Shown here: piece after piece, positions 17,184 to 26,130 of the stretch
How the letters are laid out: every line of letters begins with the position of its first letter
Position numbering within the stretch: position 1 is the stretch's first letter
Source of the DNA: Eubacteriales bacterium
GTDB taxonomy: Bacteria; Bacillota; Clostridia; Oscillospirales; SIG627
DNA: 33,958 nt
Reading direction: 5' to 3'
NCBI GenBank assembly: GCA_045601605.1
Contig: JAZRZY010000130.1
Span: 1-33,958 of the forward strand
Program-made: the position numbers and the translations under genes
Notes under the pieces: generated by a model
The model's database searches: none
Told to the model about the DNA's origin: nothing
Seen by the model: only the letters and a program-made list of their open reading frames with translations

Positions 17184-18416
17184 TTACTCATCGCAGAGCG
17201 CCGCAGACTCACCCGACAATTTTCCCGTAGAAAAGGCAATTTGCAGGTTGAAACCGCCCGTGTAAGCGTCCACGTCCAAGACCTCTCCCGCAAAGTATAG
17301 CCCTTTGCACAAACGCGACTGCATCGTATGCGGATCCACTTCCTTCAGCGAGACACCGCCCGCCGTCACGATCGCCTCCTCCAAGGGGCCGAGGGAACGC
17401 ACGTTCAAAGGAAAATGTTTGAACAGGTGTACAAGCCGTTCCCGCTGCGATCGTGTGATTTGGTGAACACGCATTACGGGATCCAAACCCGAGCATTCCA
17501 CGAAGATCGGCCGCATACTTGCGGGCAACAACGAATCGAAAACGTGCTTGAATTGACGATTGGTATTCTCGGCAAAATCACGGAGCAGACGCGCGTCAAG
17601 CTCCGCATCGCTGAGCGCGGGCTTGAAATCGATCTCAAAACGATATTCTGCCGCCGAACGCAAATGTGCGGAGGCGGAAAGCGCCAACGGGCCGCTGATA
17701 CCGTCTTCTGTAAACAGAAGCTCCCCCTGCTCGGAAAACAGGGGTTTATTTGCATCGGAGCTTAGCAGTGTGAGGCGAACGTTCTTAAGCGTCAGACCCT
17801 GTGCTTGTTTGCAACATTTATCAGAGCAAATCACACGCACGAGAGAAGGCGAGATCGGTGTTATTTCGTGAGAAAAATCGCGTGCGATCCGATAACCGTC
17901 ACCGCTGGATCCGGTCAAGGGATAAGACGCGCCGCCCGTTGCGACAATAACGGAATCAAATCCGGCGTTTTCCTTGTGCGTAAAGACAGAAAAGCCCCCC
18001 TCCCCCTTCACAACTTTCGTCACAGCGCCGTAACACACGGTTGTGTGCGGGTGTTTGGATACCGCTTTCCACAAAGCGTCTCGCACATCCGAAGCACGAT
18101 CGCTTTCGGGAAACACGCGATTTCCGCGTTCCACCTTAAGGGGCACCCCAAGCGAGCGAAACCATTCCATGGTATCGTCGGGCGAAAAACGATAGATGGC
18201 GGAAGAAAGAAATTTGGAGCCGGACACCACGTTTGACAAAAAGTCGCGCGAATGGATAGCATTTGTGAGATTGCAACGTCCTTTTCCGGTGATGCAAATC
18301 TTTCGGCCCGCCTGCTTGTTTTTTTCAAACACGGTAACGAGCGCACCGGATTCCAACGCAAAAAACGCCGCCGTCATTCCGGCGGCACCGGCGCCGATCA
18401 CGGCAATTCTTTTCAC
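17184..18416 (-). CDS. NAD(P)/FAD-dependent oxidoreductase, HI0933/BaiN family
   Basis: GAGAAG, GRKICITGKGRCNLTN, ATGGASYPLTGSSGDGY, GEVLDVDAYTGGFNLQIAFSTG. Confidence 0.93.
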   Translation of the reverse strand: MKRIAVIGAGAAGMTAAFFALESGALVTVFEKNKQAGRKICITGKGRCNLTNAIHSRDFLSNVVSGSKFLSSAIYRFSPDDTMEWFRSLGVPLKVERGNRVFPESDRASDVRDALWKAVSKHPHTTVCYGAVTKVVKGEGGFSVFTHKENAGFDSVIVATGGASYPLTGSSGDGYRIARDFSHEITPISPSLVRVICSDKCCKQAQGLTLKNVRLTLLSSDANKPLFSEQGELLFTEDGISGPLALSASAHLRSAAEYRFEIDFKPALSDAELDARLLRDFAENTNRQFKHVFDSLLPASMRPIFVECSGLDPVMRVHQITRSQRERLVHLFKHFPLNVRSLGPLEEAIVTAGGVSLKEVDPHTMQSRLCKGLYFAGEVLDVDAYTGGFNLQIAFSTGKLSGESAALCDE

Positions 18417-18456
18417 GATCCATCACCTCGTCTCGATCCACGTTTATTTTGATTTG

Positions 18457-18485
18457 ATTATAGCAAGAAAGTAAATTTTTTTCAA
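18457..18485 (-). promoter_or_regulatory. SigA promoter of the HI0933-family gene
   Basis: TTGAAA-N17-TATAAT with TGn. Confidence 0.7.
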
Positions 18486-18511
18486 TAGAGTAAAATGCGT
18501 GAAAGTTGCCC

Positions 18512-18539
18512 TTTACATTTTTTATATTTTTGCTATACT
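18512..18539 (+). promoter_or_regulatory. SigA promoter of the M15B pair
   Basis: TTTACA-N16-TATACT with TGn. Confidence 0.55.
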
Positions 18540-18582
18540 GTAATTAAATTTAAAATTACATTGCATTGAAACAGGAATCCTT

Positions 18583-19818
18583 ATGGCTTACAACACAAAA
18601 TTTTCACAAGCAACGCCTGCAACGCGCCCCATCTCGCCAACGTTTCGGGCACTTTGCGTCATTCTGTACGTCATGTTTCTGTGCGCTTGCACCGTCCTCG
18701 GGATCCTTCTCGGACAAAGCCGGGCTAAGCTCGATTATGCTTCCTCGATCTCCCCCGAGTCCCCTTCCGATCAAAATGAAAACGAAAACGATGAAAAGGC
18801 CGTTTCCCTCCTGACACAAAACGGCATCCGTTACGCTCCCGTATCCAAGTTCAAAAACGTCACCGCAAAATCCGCAGAAAATCACCTTGAACTTCAAACC
18901 GAAAGCGGCGTCAAGCTTTCCTTCTGCTCGGAAACGACAGATTATTTTGTTGACAACAAGCTTTGTCTGCTCAAACACACGCCGCTCGTACTTGACGGTG
19001 AGTGGTATTTGCCGCTTGAAGGGATCTCCGATGCTGCCATCTCCGAAAGCAAGCTCCTCGACACGGCACTTCCCGCCCTTTCTGCGCCTTCCGAGAACGC
19101 TCCGACTCTGCCCGCAGACATCGACTGCGCCGCATATTTCAGTGCCGTTACCGAGAAGCCGAAGTTTACGCTTGATCTTTCCGAATTTGAAGATTATATG
19201 GCACCCGCAGATCGCGACGGATACTTGGTTCTGGCAAACTCCGAGAACTCGCTTGGGGCCGACTTCGTGCCGCAAAACCTTGAGGCAGTCGAGCGCGCAC
19301 GTTACGCCGAAGACATTTACAAAGCAAAACTCCAAGAGCCCGCGGCAAAAGCTCTGGACGCATTTTTGCGCGAAGCTTATGCAATGGGATATAACGACAT
19401 TACAGTCACCTCGGGTTATCGTTCTTACAGCGATCAGGAGAATCGCTTTAACACCAAGGTCGCCAGCCTCCGCTCGCAGTATGCCACCTTGGAAGAAGCC
19501 CAAGCTGCCGCCGCAACCGTAATCCAATGGCCCGGCAAGAGCGAACATCAAACCGGACTCGCATGCGATATGCACAACCTGCCCGCTGCCGACGTGTCCT
19601 TCGATCAACAGCCTGCCGCAAAATGGCTGCGCGAGAACGCGCACAACTTCGGCTTCATTCTTCGCTACCCCGCCGATAAGACAGACGTCACCGGCATTTC
19701 CTTCGAACCCTGGCACTTCCGTTACGTCGGTCGTTATCACGCCACCCGAATTTTTCTTTTAGATTTAAGTTTTGAAGAATATATGAGCTTTTACTCTGCG
19801 CAGGAGGCAAATGCATGA
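18583..19818 (+). CDS. membrane-anchored M15B (VanY-like) D-Ala-D-Ala carboxypeptidase
   Basis: N-terminal TM segment, stalk-like domain (PLVLDGEWYLPL), SGYRSY, SEHQTGLACD (SxHxxGxAxD), EPWH. Confidence 0.9.
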   Translation: MAYNTKFSQATPATRPISPTFRALCVILYVMFLCACTVLGILLGQSRAKLDYASSISPESPSDQNENENDEKAVSLLTQNGIRYAPVSKFKNVTAKSAENHLELQTESGVKLSFCSETTDYFVDNKLCLLKHTPLVLDGEWYLPLEGISDAAISESKLLDTALPALSAPSENAPTLPADIDCAAYFSAVTEKPKFTLDLSEFEDYMAPADRDGYLVLANSENSLGADFVPQNLEAVERARYAEDIYKAKLQEPAAKALDAFLREAYAMGYNDITVTSGYRSYSDQENRFNTKVASLRSQYATLEEAQAAAATVIQWPGKSEHQTGLACDMHNLPAADVSFDQQPAAKWLRENAHNFGFILRYPADKTDVTGISFEPWHFRYVGRYHATRIFLLDLSFEEYMSFYSAQEANA

Positions 19819-21215
19819 AAAAAGAGCGCAAACCAAAGCTCAGTCGTGAGGAGCGCAAGGCCTTACGCGCAGAAGCAAAAGCAAAGCGAAAACGGGAAAA
19901 GCAACGGCAAAAAGCCGACCGTGCCGAAAAATCCCCCACCATCCTCACGCAACACGAGCAGGCACAGCTTGAAAAGAGCCGCGCGAAGCGTCTCAAGTTC
20001 GTTGCGCGCGCCGCGCTTGCCTTTCTCCTATACGCCGCAATGATGCTGGTCCTATTTTTCGGCATCTTTATCAGCATTTGGACCACCAAACGTTGGGATA
20101 ACACTGTTGTCACCTCGCACATCAGCGTTGCGGAAAAAGCCGAAAGCAAAAACCTCAACGTTCTTACCGAAAATAGTGTTTCGTATATCAGTGTGTCCTT
20201 TTTGGAAAACTACGGAGAAGTGATCCACGCAGGTGATTACGCCGTTCGAACCATCCGTTTTCCCGCAAGCGGCGACTGTGCCACTTTCGCCATAAACTCC
20301 TCTTTTTGCGCGATCAACGACGTCAGCATCAATCTTGGTCATCCCGTTCTGTTGCGGGAGGGCGAACTTTATCTGCCGCTTGATTTCTTCCGCATCTACG
20401 TCACCGGCATTACCGTCGATCGAAACATCGATCAATATGAGATCTCTGCAAACGGTGAACTCGGCTACAAAATCAAGCCCGCCTCAACCACAACCGCCAT
20501 TCCGGAGGAAGCCGCAGGCTCCCTTTTGGAATTTGCGATGCAAAAGCCGACCTTCCTTTCAAATTTAGATGCATACGAACGCTATATGAATCCCGGTGAG
20601 ACCACCGAGTATTTGACGCTTGTCAACCTCCAAAACGGCATTTCGGAAACCTTCCGCCCCAACGATCTCACGGGCGTGGAAGACCAAAATGCTGCGTATC
20701 CCGGCGGTGATTACCATGCAAGACTTCGACTCTATGCCGCAAAATCTCTGGATGCCATGATTCAGGAAGCGCGCGCAAACGGCTATCTCGGACTACAAGC
20801 CACGTCCGGCTACCGCTCTTACGCCGAACAACGTTATCGTTTTAACACCCTCGTTACCTCGTTGATGTCAAGTGAAGGTTTTTCCGAAGCAGAGGCTGAA
20901 GCCGAAGCCGTAAAAAGCGTACAAAAGCCCGGCTTCAGCGAATACCAAACAGGGCTTTGTGCAGACGTGCGCTTCCCCAACGAGGACATTGAAACCTTTA
21001 AAGATACCGAAGCCGCGAAGTGGCTTGCCGACAATTGCTACAAATTCGGCTTCATTCTTCGCTATCCCGAAAGCAAAACCGAATCCACGGGTATGGAGGC
21101 ACAGTCTTGGCATTTCCGCTACGTAGGGCGCTATCACGCGGTTCGTATCAAGTTTTTAGATATGTCGCTGGAAGAGTACTATGCCTTTATGGACCTCGAG
21201 CAAAAGCCAAACTGA
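19815..21215 (+). CDS. M15B carboxypeptidase paralog with degenerate active site
   Basis: Same architecture plus a basic N-terminus; SGYRSY, SEYQTGLCAD, QSWHFRYVG; ATGA overlap with the preceding gene. Confidence 0.85.
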   Translation: MKKERKPKLSREERKALRAEAKAKRKREKQRQKADRAEKSPTILTQHEQAQLEKSRAKRLKFVARAALAFLLYAAMMLVLFFGIFISIWTTKRWDNTVVTSHISVAEKAESKNLNVLTENSVSYISVSFLENYGEVIHAGDYAVRTIRFPASGDCATFAINSSFCAINDVSINLGHPVLLREGELYLPLDFFRIYVTGITVDRNIDQYEISANGELGYKIKPASTTTAIPEEAAGSLLEFAMQKPTFLSNLDAYERYMNPGETTEYLTLVNLQNGISETFRPNDLTGVEDQNAAYPGGDYHARLRLYAAKSLDAMIQEARANGYLGLQATSGYRSYAEQRYRFNTLVTSLMSSEGFSEAEAEAEAVKSVQKPGFSEYQTGLCADVRFPNEDIETFKDTEAAKWLADNCYKFGFILRYPESKTESTGMEAQSWHFRYVGRYHAVRIKFLDMSLEEYYAFMDLEQKPN

Positions 21216-21219
21216 ACAG

Positions 21220-21250
21220 AAAAAAGCCGAGCTGATTCAGCTCGGCTTTT
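21220..21250. terminator. bidirectional intrinsic terminator
   Basis: AAAAAAGCCGAGCTG-ATT-CAGCTCGGCTTTT. Confidence 0.85.
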
Positions 21251-21258
21251 GATTTGAC

Positions 21259-22227
21259 TTATAACAGCCCTGCAAAATGTAAAAGGAAAAAGAAGATAAA
21301 CAAAGTAAACGCGCTCATCATTGTAGATAATAAGACGATCTGTCCCGTAAGGACCTCATCGGACCCCATATTTTTAGCCATAATATAGCTTGAGATCGTT
21401 GTCGGACCGCCGAACAAGATGCACACGAGCCCCAACTCCACACCTCGGAAACCGAATAAAATTGCCGCAAAACAAAAGATGAGAGGCAAAAGGACCGTTT
21501 TTACGGCGCTCGCAATCAATGCAAGATGTGCCCGTCCCGTCAAGCCCTCTTTGGCAAATCCCGCGCCCAGGCAAAGCAAGGCGAGGGGTTGAGCGATCCC
21601 TGAAAAATCGGAAACGGTCGATACGATGAACTCCGGGAGTTGAATTTGAAGACCTTTTACCAAAAATGCAACAAGCATCCCAAGAATCAACGGGTTTTTC
21701 AAAATTCCGAAAAAAATGGAATGCAACGCTTTTTTGAAATCCCCCTTTTCCTTTTCGGGATTCAAAACAGAAAGCGTGATCACCGCAAATGCGTTGTTAA
21801 AAATCACAACGGGAGGCAAGAGCAAACTCGCGCAACTAAGCCCCGCTTCTCCGAACAATCCCTCCGCAAGCGGAAGACCGACGATGGAAAACGTAGATCT
21901 TGTCATGCCCTGTGCCATCGCTCCCGCCTTTCGCTTATCGCGAATCAAGAAAGCCGACAAAAGCATCCCTGCAAGGTAACAAACCGCCATGGAAATGCAG
22001 CAAAACAACAGATAAGAGGCATCCGGCGCGGCAGAAAAATCCATTTGATACAGTTGCAGGAAAATCAGTGTCGGCAACGCGGCGCGAAAGACAAGTTTAT
22101 GTAAAAATGCGAAAAACTCCTCCGATAATACCCGCAAGCGCTTCAACAAATATCCGAGAAGCGCAAGCAATAAAATCGGGAGGAGCGCCGATGCGGAAAA
22201 ACCGAGAGATTCTGTCATAACACTCAC
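21259..22227 (-). CDS. AEC (auxin efflux carrier) family transporter
   Basis: LVFRAALPTLIF, GLPLAEGLFG, ILKNPLI, PLALLCLGA, SYIMAKNMGSD; about 10 hydrophobic segments. Confidence 0.9.
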   Translation of the reverse strand: MSVMTESLGFSASALLPILLLALLGYLLKRLRVLSEEFFAFLHKLVFRAALPTLIFLQLYQMDFSAAPDASYLLFCCISMAVCYLAGMLLSAFLIRDKRKAGAMAQGMTRSTFSIVGLPLAEGLFGEAGLSCASLLLPPVVIFNNAFAVITLSVLNPEKEKGDFKKALHSIFFGILKNPLILGMLVAFLVKGLQIQLPEFIVSTVSDFSGIAQPLALLCLGAGFAKEGLTGRAHLALIASAVKTVLLPLIFCFAAILFGFRGVELGLVCILFGGPTTISSYIMAKNMGSDEVLTGQIVLLSTMMSAFTLFIFFFLLHFAGLL

Positions 22228-22730
22228 TTTCGCAGTTTGGGTCGAATTCGATCAACGTAAAATAGAATCAGTTTTGAAAGACCGATCTCATACAGCACAA
22301 AGGCAACGAAACAAAGGGCTGCCGTTCCGATATGAGGTTGGACGTCCGAAACCAGAGGGGTACAAAAGAAAAAGAAGACCGCTTCTGCAAGAATCGCGCA
22401 TAAAATTTTAATTCCCCATGCCAAGACAAGCGGCACACGGCGCAAAGCGTGTCTCAAAAACGGATACCAACCGAAAAAGCAAATATAAAAGATTGCACAG
22501 CTCTTCTCCGGCAAAAGCAAAACCGCAAGCACCGCCGAAGTCAAAAAGCACAAAAGTGCGGTTTGTCCGCCAAACTCCAAGAGCAAAACGTAAATCACAA
22601 GCGCAGAAAGGGCTGCCAAGGTCAAGTCCAGCGACGGAAAGACTGCGGAGATACCGAAAAACAGGACGATCAGCGCGGCAAGAACGGCGCCGTAAGCAAG
22701 CCTGCGCGTGTTTTGAGAGGAGCGTTTCAT
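22224..22730 (-). CDS. hypothetical integral membrane protein
   Basis: Highly hydrophobic; LLLPEK...Y..FFGWYP; tightly coupled to both flanking genes. Confidence 0.8.
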   Translation of the reverse strand: MKRSSQNTRRLAYGAVLAALIVLFFGISAVFPSLDLTLAALSALVIYVLLLEFGGQTALLCFLTSAVLAVLLLPEKSCAIFYICFFGWYPFLRHALRRVPLVLAWGIKILCAILAEAVFFFFCTPLVSDVQPHIGTAALCFVAFVLYEIGLSKLILFYVDRIRPKLRK

Positions 22731-22731
22731 C

Positions 22732-23349
22732 TCAGCAGCAACGGATCAAATCGCCTCCGCACATTTCGCAAAGGCAGTCCGCACACAGAAGTCCTTGACA
22801 AACGTCACACGTGGAGCAGTTTTCCCCATAGGATTGGCTCGCCCCGTACTGAGACGCTGTGGAATGAATCTCGCGGTATTTCGCGGCATATTCAGGGTTT
22901 TGCGGATCGAGATTGCAGGCCATACGATAACAGTCGGCGGCATTGGAAAAGCGTCCCTGGTGCTGAAAGATCACGCCGCGCAGAAAATACCACTCCGCAT
23001 CTCGTTTGGTGTAACTTACCGCCTCACAGAGGCGATTGGCCTCCTCAAAATTCCCGATGCGGATCTGATCACGGATCGCCTGAAGATCCGGTCGCGCCGA
23101 AGTATAGGAAGCATAGGAAGAGGAGGCGGCAGATGCGTCGAAATCAGCGCCGAAACGGTCTCTCCGATGCGCCTGTATCTCGTCGTAGGCCGCATTGATC
23201 TCTTTCATCTTTTCCGAAGCAAGATCAGCCAAGGGGGAATTTTGGTAGTTGTCCGGATGGTACTTCTTCGCAAGCGAGCGATACGCCTTTTTGATTTCTT
23301 CATCCGAAGCGCTCGGCGAAACGCCGAGCACTGCATAAGGGTCGTTCAT
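22732..23349 (-). CDS. J-domain protein with TPR-like repeat and Cys-rich C-terminus
   Basis: DPYAVLGV...KKYHPD J-domain; [11 protein letters not shown]-like segment; [28 protein letters not shown] tail. Confidence 0.9.
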   Translation of the reverse strand: MNDPYAVLGVSPSASDEEIKKAYRSLAKKYHPDNYQNSPLADLASEKMKEINAAYDEIQAHRRDRFGADFDASAASSSYASYTSARPDLQAIRDQIRIGNFEEANRLCEAVSYTKRDAEWYFLRGVIFQHQGRFSNAADCYRMACNLDPQNPEYAAKYREIHSTASQYGASQSYGENCSTCDVCQGLLCADCLCEMCGGDLIRCC

Positions 23350-24245
23350 GCCTGTTTCCTTTCTGTCCGGCTTTCGGTGTTAAGTTTCATCATCACGCGG
23401 TGAATCGACGTGGGAATCCCCTTTTGAGTAATGTTGTCACAAAGGCGATCGTATCGCGCAGGCTGCGTAATCAGATTGGTGATACGGTCCAGTTCCTCTG
23501 CATAAAGCGCAAGCGCCATACCGATCTCCTCAGAATGTTTGCAAGCCTCATCCAAAGAACCGTATTTTTGCAAAAAAGGATTGAAACTTCCCTTTTTCGC
23601 ATCGTCACAAAGATCATCCGCCGCATCTAACAGATAGGTCAACCGTCCGAGCGTTGCACACACGCGATACATCAAATCGGCTCTGCTTCCATCCAAACCG
23701 ACCGAACAAGCGCGTGCAATCCCTTCCGAACACACGTGAGCCAACGTATCGAGGTCGCACTCTCCCCTTCTCTCGCATGCCCGCAGTTCTTCGCACGCGC
23801 GTGATGCATGAGAGAGGATGCGCGCGAACTCTTCGTTCCTTTTGCAAAGAATATGAACTCGCAAACCGAGCAAGGGCGAATAGAGCCAAACAAGGATTCT
23901 TCGCTTCAAAGGCACGTCTGCATCCAAACGATCGTCACGCAATTTTTCATAAGTCAGAGCCAAGTGGATCAGCGCGGTCCGATACAGCGCTTCAGAATCG
24001 ATGTTGGCGCAAGAGCGTCGTTTCAAGGGATGAACGGGACAGCGCTTTAGACAAAAGCGGAAGGTCTCTCCCGTAAGTTCCGCCAGAAGAAGCGCAATCA
24101 AGACAAAATCATAATTCAGAGATAAAGAGGCGAAAAAGGAGACTTTTCGGCGCATCGTTCGACAAAGACCGCAGTAAACGGCGCGGTACAGCTCCTGATC
24201 TTTGACCAGAAGCTCCGCCTGATTGGGCCTGAGATATCCAAACAC
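23346..24245 (-). CDS. DUF5685 family protein
   Basis: MFGYLRP...YRAVYCGLC...LNYDFV...CPVHP...YLLDAADD...GSFNPF. GTG start at 24245, not the ORF-track start at 24458. Confidence 0.85.
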   Translation of the reverse strand: MFGYLRPNQAELLVKDQELYRAVYCGLCRTMRRKVSFFASLSLNYDFVLIALLLAELTGETFRFCLKRCPVHPLKRRSCANIDSEALYRTALIHLALTYEKLRDDRLDADVPLKRRILVWLYSPLLGLRVHILCKRNEEFARILSHASRACEELRACERRGECDLDTLAHVCSEGIARACSVGLDGSRADLMYRVCATLGRLTYLLDAADDLCDDAKKGSFNPFLQKYGSLDEACKHSEEIGMALALYAEELDRITNLITQPARYDRLCDNITQKGIPTSIHRVMMKLNTESRTERKQA

Positions 24246-24272
24246 CGCAAATTCCCTTTCGATTTTTCTATT

Positions 24273-24301
24273 ATTATAATTCATATACCCCTGAATATCA
24301 A
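24273..24301 (-). promoter_or_regulatory. SigA promoter of the DUF5685 operon
   Basis: TTGATA-N17-TATAAT. Confidence 0.7.
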
Positions 24302-24330
24302 CAAAAATTTGTAAACAAAAGTCAATTCGA

Positions 24331-24359
24331 TTGAAAGTTGCTCCAAAATTTGATATAGT
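24331..24359 (+). promoter_or_regulatory. SigA promoter of the RimJ-like gene
   Basis: TTGAAA-N17-TATAGT with TGn. Confidence 0.65.
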
Positions 24360-24387
24360 GGAAAAAACAAATTTACAAGAGGTTTTC

Positions 24388-24969
24388 GTGACTGTTTTAG
24401 AATACGCCGCAAGCACCCCGAGGCTCGAAACCGAGCGCTTATATCTCTGTCGGATCACAGAGGAAGACGCGCCTCAGATGTATCGATACGCGCGCCAAAA
24501 GAAAGTGACGCGTTACCTCACCTGGAATCCGCACAAATCCATTTTCCAAACACGCGCCTACATTCGGCTCTTGCAAGAAAAATACGACAGCGCCGAATTC
24601 TATGATTGGGGAATCCACGTGAAAGACACGGGGCTCTTCGTCGGGACCTGCGGCTTTACGAAGATCGATCCGCACACGATGCAGGGCGAGATCGGCTACG
24701 TTCTCTCCCCGCGTGTTTGGGGCAACGGTTATGCCCGCGAGGCAGCCGAGGCCGTGATGCTCTTTGGGTTTTCGGTCTTGGGGCTGGAATCGCTTTCCGC
24801 ACGCTTCATTTACGGAAACACACAAAGCGAGCGCGTGATGCAAAAGCTCAAGATGAACTGTATGGGCATACTTCCGGAACCTATGTTTATCAAAAACGAA
24901 TGGAAAACCGTGATCGAATATAAAATCGAAAAAGACGAGTTTTTAAACCAAAAAGAGACCCTGCAATAG
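24388..24969 (+). CDS. GNAT acetyltransferase, RimJ/RimL family
   Basis: PRLETERLYL, GEIGYVL...WGNGYAREA, N..SERVMQKL; GTG 24388 follows GAGG. Confidence 0.9.
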   Translation: MTVLEYAASTPRLETERLYLCRITEEDAPQMYRYARQKKVTRYLTWNPHKSIFQTRAYIRLLQEKYDSAEFYDWGIHVKDTGLFVGTCGFTKIDPHTMQGEIGYVLSPRVWGNGYAREAAEAVMLFGFSVLGLESLSARFIYGNTQSERVMQKLKMNCMGILPEPMFIKNEWKTVIEYKIEKDEFLNQKETLQ

Positions 24970-24978
24970 CAGGGTCTC
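24951..24978. terminator. intrinsic terminator between convergent genes
   Basis: AAAA-GAGACCCTGC-AATA-GCAGGGTCTC. Confidence 0.7.
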
Positions 24979-24987
24979 AATCATTTT

Positions 24988-25812
24988 TTAGGATGGATCG
25001 GTGAAGAATCGATCGCAACCGACTGTGTAGAGATAAACGAGATCGTTCTCAAACCAATCGACGATCCAATCTTCCACGGGGTAATTGGTGCAATAGAAAT
25101 AAAGAGCGTTCTTCGAGTTGTCTTCACAGACCCCCATCAAAACCTCTTCCACAGCGCGGCAGGTGGATTCCGAAGGCACCTTTCGCTTGCTGTAGTAATT
25201 TTCAATGGTAGAAAACTGGTTGACGGAATGAAGCACTTTATACAATGTGTCAGGGAAATTGGGGCTGAGAACTCGATTCGTAATGCTGAAGGTGACCAAT
25301 CGCTTGTCTTCCAATGAGCCGCCGCCGCCTTCGGCTTCCACAACGTATTTCAGCATTTCCACTTCTTCCTCAGTCACGGGGAAGATCGTCTTATTGATAT
25401 CAAACACAAAGCCGTCGGAGTAGTCAAAACCACCGCTCACAGGCGTGTTTTGAAGTTCGGACTGCTCCGCTTCCGCGGCCGCTTCCTTCCATTGACGTTG
25501 CACGGCCGGATCATTCAGATCGATGGCATCGGAACCCTGATCCGTCGGCGCTTCGCGGTTGCTCGGCAAGGAAACCAGATCAGAAGTGGTAGCATAATTC
25601 AGCGCAGTTCCGGAAGCACATTCCGTGTCGCCGGACAGCGCCACTGCATATTCAAGATCAATCGCGTGGACTCCCACTGCATCCGACTTGTCTTGTGCGT
25701 ACGCTTTCAGAAGGTCTGCATCGCTCTGACGCGCCAATGCCAATCCGATCGGAATGACACAGGTAAGCGCAAGCGTGAAAGCGCCGCCTGCCAACAGGCG
25801 AGATTTCAGCAT
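24988..25812 (-). CDS. cell wall hydrolase, Hydrolase_2 (SleB/CwlJ-like) domain
   Basis: N-terminal signal/TM segment; LKYVVEAEG, NRVLSPNFPDTL..V....NQFS, ALYFY; ATG 25812 follows GAGGAG. Confidence 0.85.
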   Translation of the reverse strand: MLKSRLLAGGAFTLALTCVIPIGLALARQSDADLLKAYAQDKSDAVGVHAIDLEYAVALSGDTECASGTALNYATTSDLVSLPSNREAPTDQGSDAIDLNDPAVQRQWKEAAAEAEQSELQNTPVSGGFDYSDGFVFDINKTIFPVTEEEVEMLKYVVEAEGGGGSLEDKRLVTFSITNRVLSPNFPDTLYKVLHSVNQFSTIENYYSKRKVPSESTCRAVEEVLMGVCEDNSKNALYFYCTNYPVEDWIVDWFENDLVYLYTVGCDRFFTDPS

Positions 25813-25902
25813 GAAGCTACTCCTCTTGGGTGAATACGACATCCCAAACGGGATTGCGGCAAGTACATCTAACACTATTAGTATGCAAGCCACCAAGCGT
25901 TG

Positions 25903-25930
25903 ATTATACCAATTTAATTTTCAATGTCAA
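25903..25930 (-). promoter_or_regulatory. SigA promoter of the cell wall hydrolase
   Basis: TTGACA-N16-TATAAT with TGn. Confidence 0.75.
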
Positions 25931-26072
25931 GAAAATAGAGTCGAAGCCGGTTTTCAATTGTGCATTTTTGATATTATTTACAGTATAGCCCTTAAAATTT
26001 ATTGAAATTGCACAATCTCATTTGGACCTTTTGTTCTCAAAAGTGGTGCAAAACGCAGTTTTTTGCAAAAAT

Positions 26073-26116
26073 AAATAAGCAAGACAGCCAAGAGGGTTGG
26101 TGTTTCTTGCTTATTT
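26073..26116 (-). terminator. hairpin/terminator after mutS2
   Basis: AAATAAGCAAGA...TCTTGCTTATTT inverted repeat immediately downstream of the mutS2 stop. Confidence 0.6.
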
Positions 26117-26130
26117 TGTTATATTTGCTC

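Noticed and set aside
18604-19740. 378-aa antisense ORF
   Set aside because: Shadow of the M15B gene on the opposite strand; no recognisable motifs or RBS.
18583-21215. Vancomycin-resistance (van) cluster
   Set aside because: VanY-like domains only; no vanA/B ligase, vanH, vanX or vanRS in the window.
24246-24458. N-terminal extensions in the ORF track (DUF5685 from 24458; also the starts at 66, 3603, 7062, 12939, 24331, 25896, 30154 and 33178)
   Set aside because: They run through promoters or neighbouring genes; downstream starts fit RBSs and/or family N-termini better.
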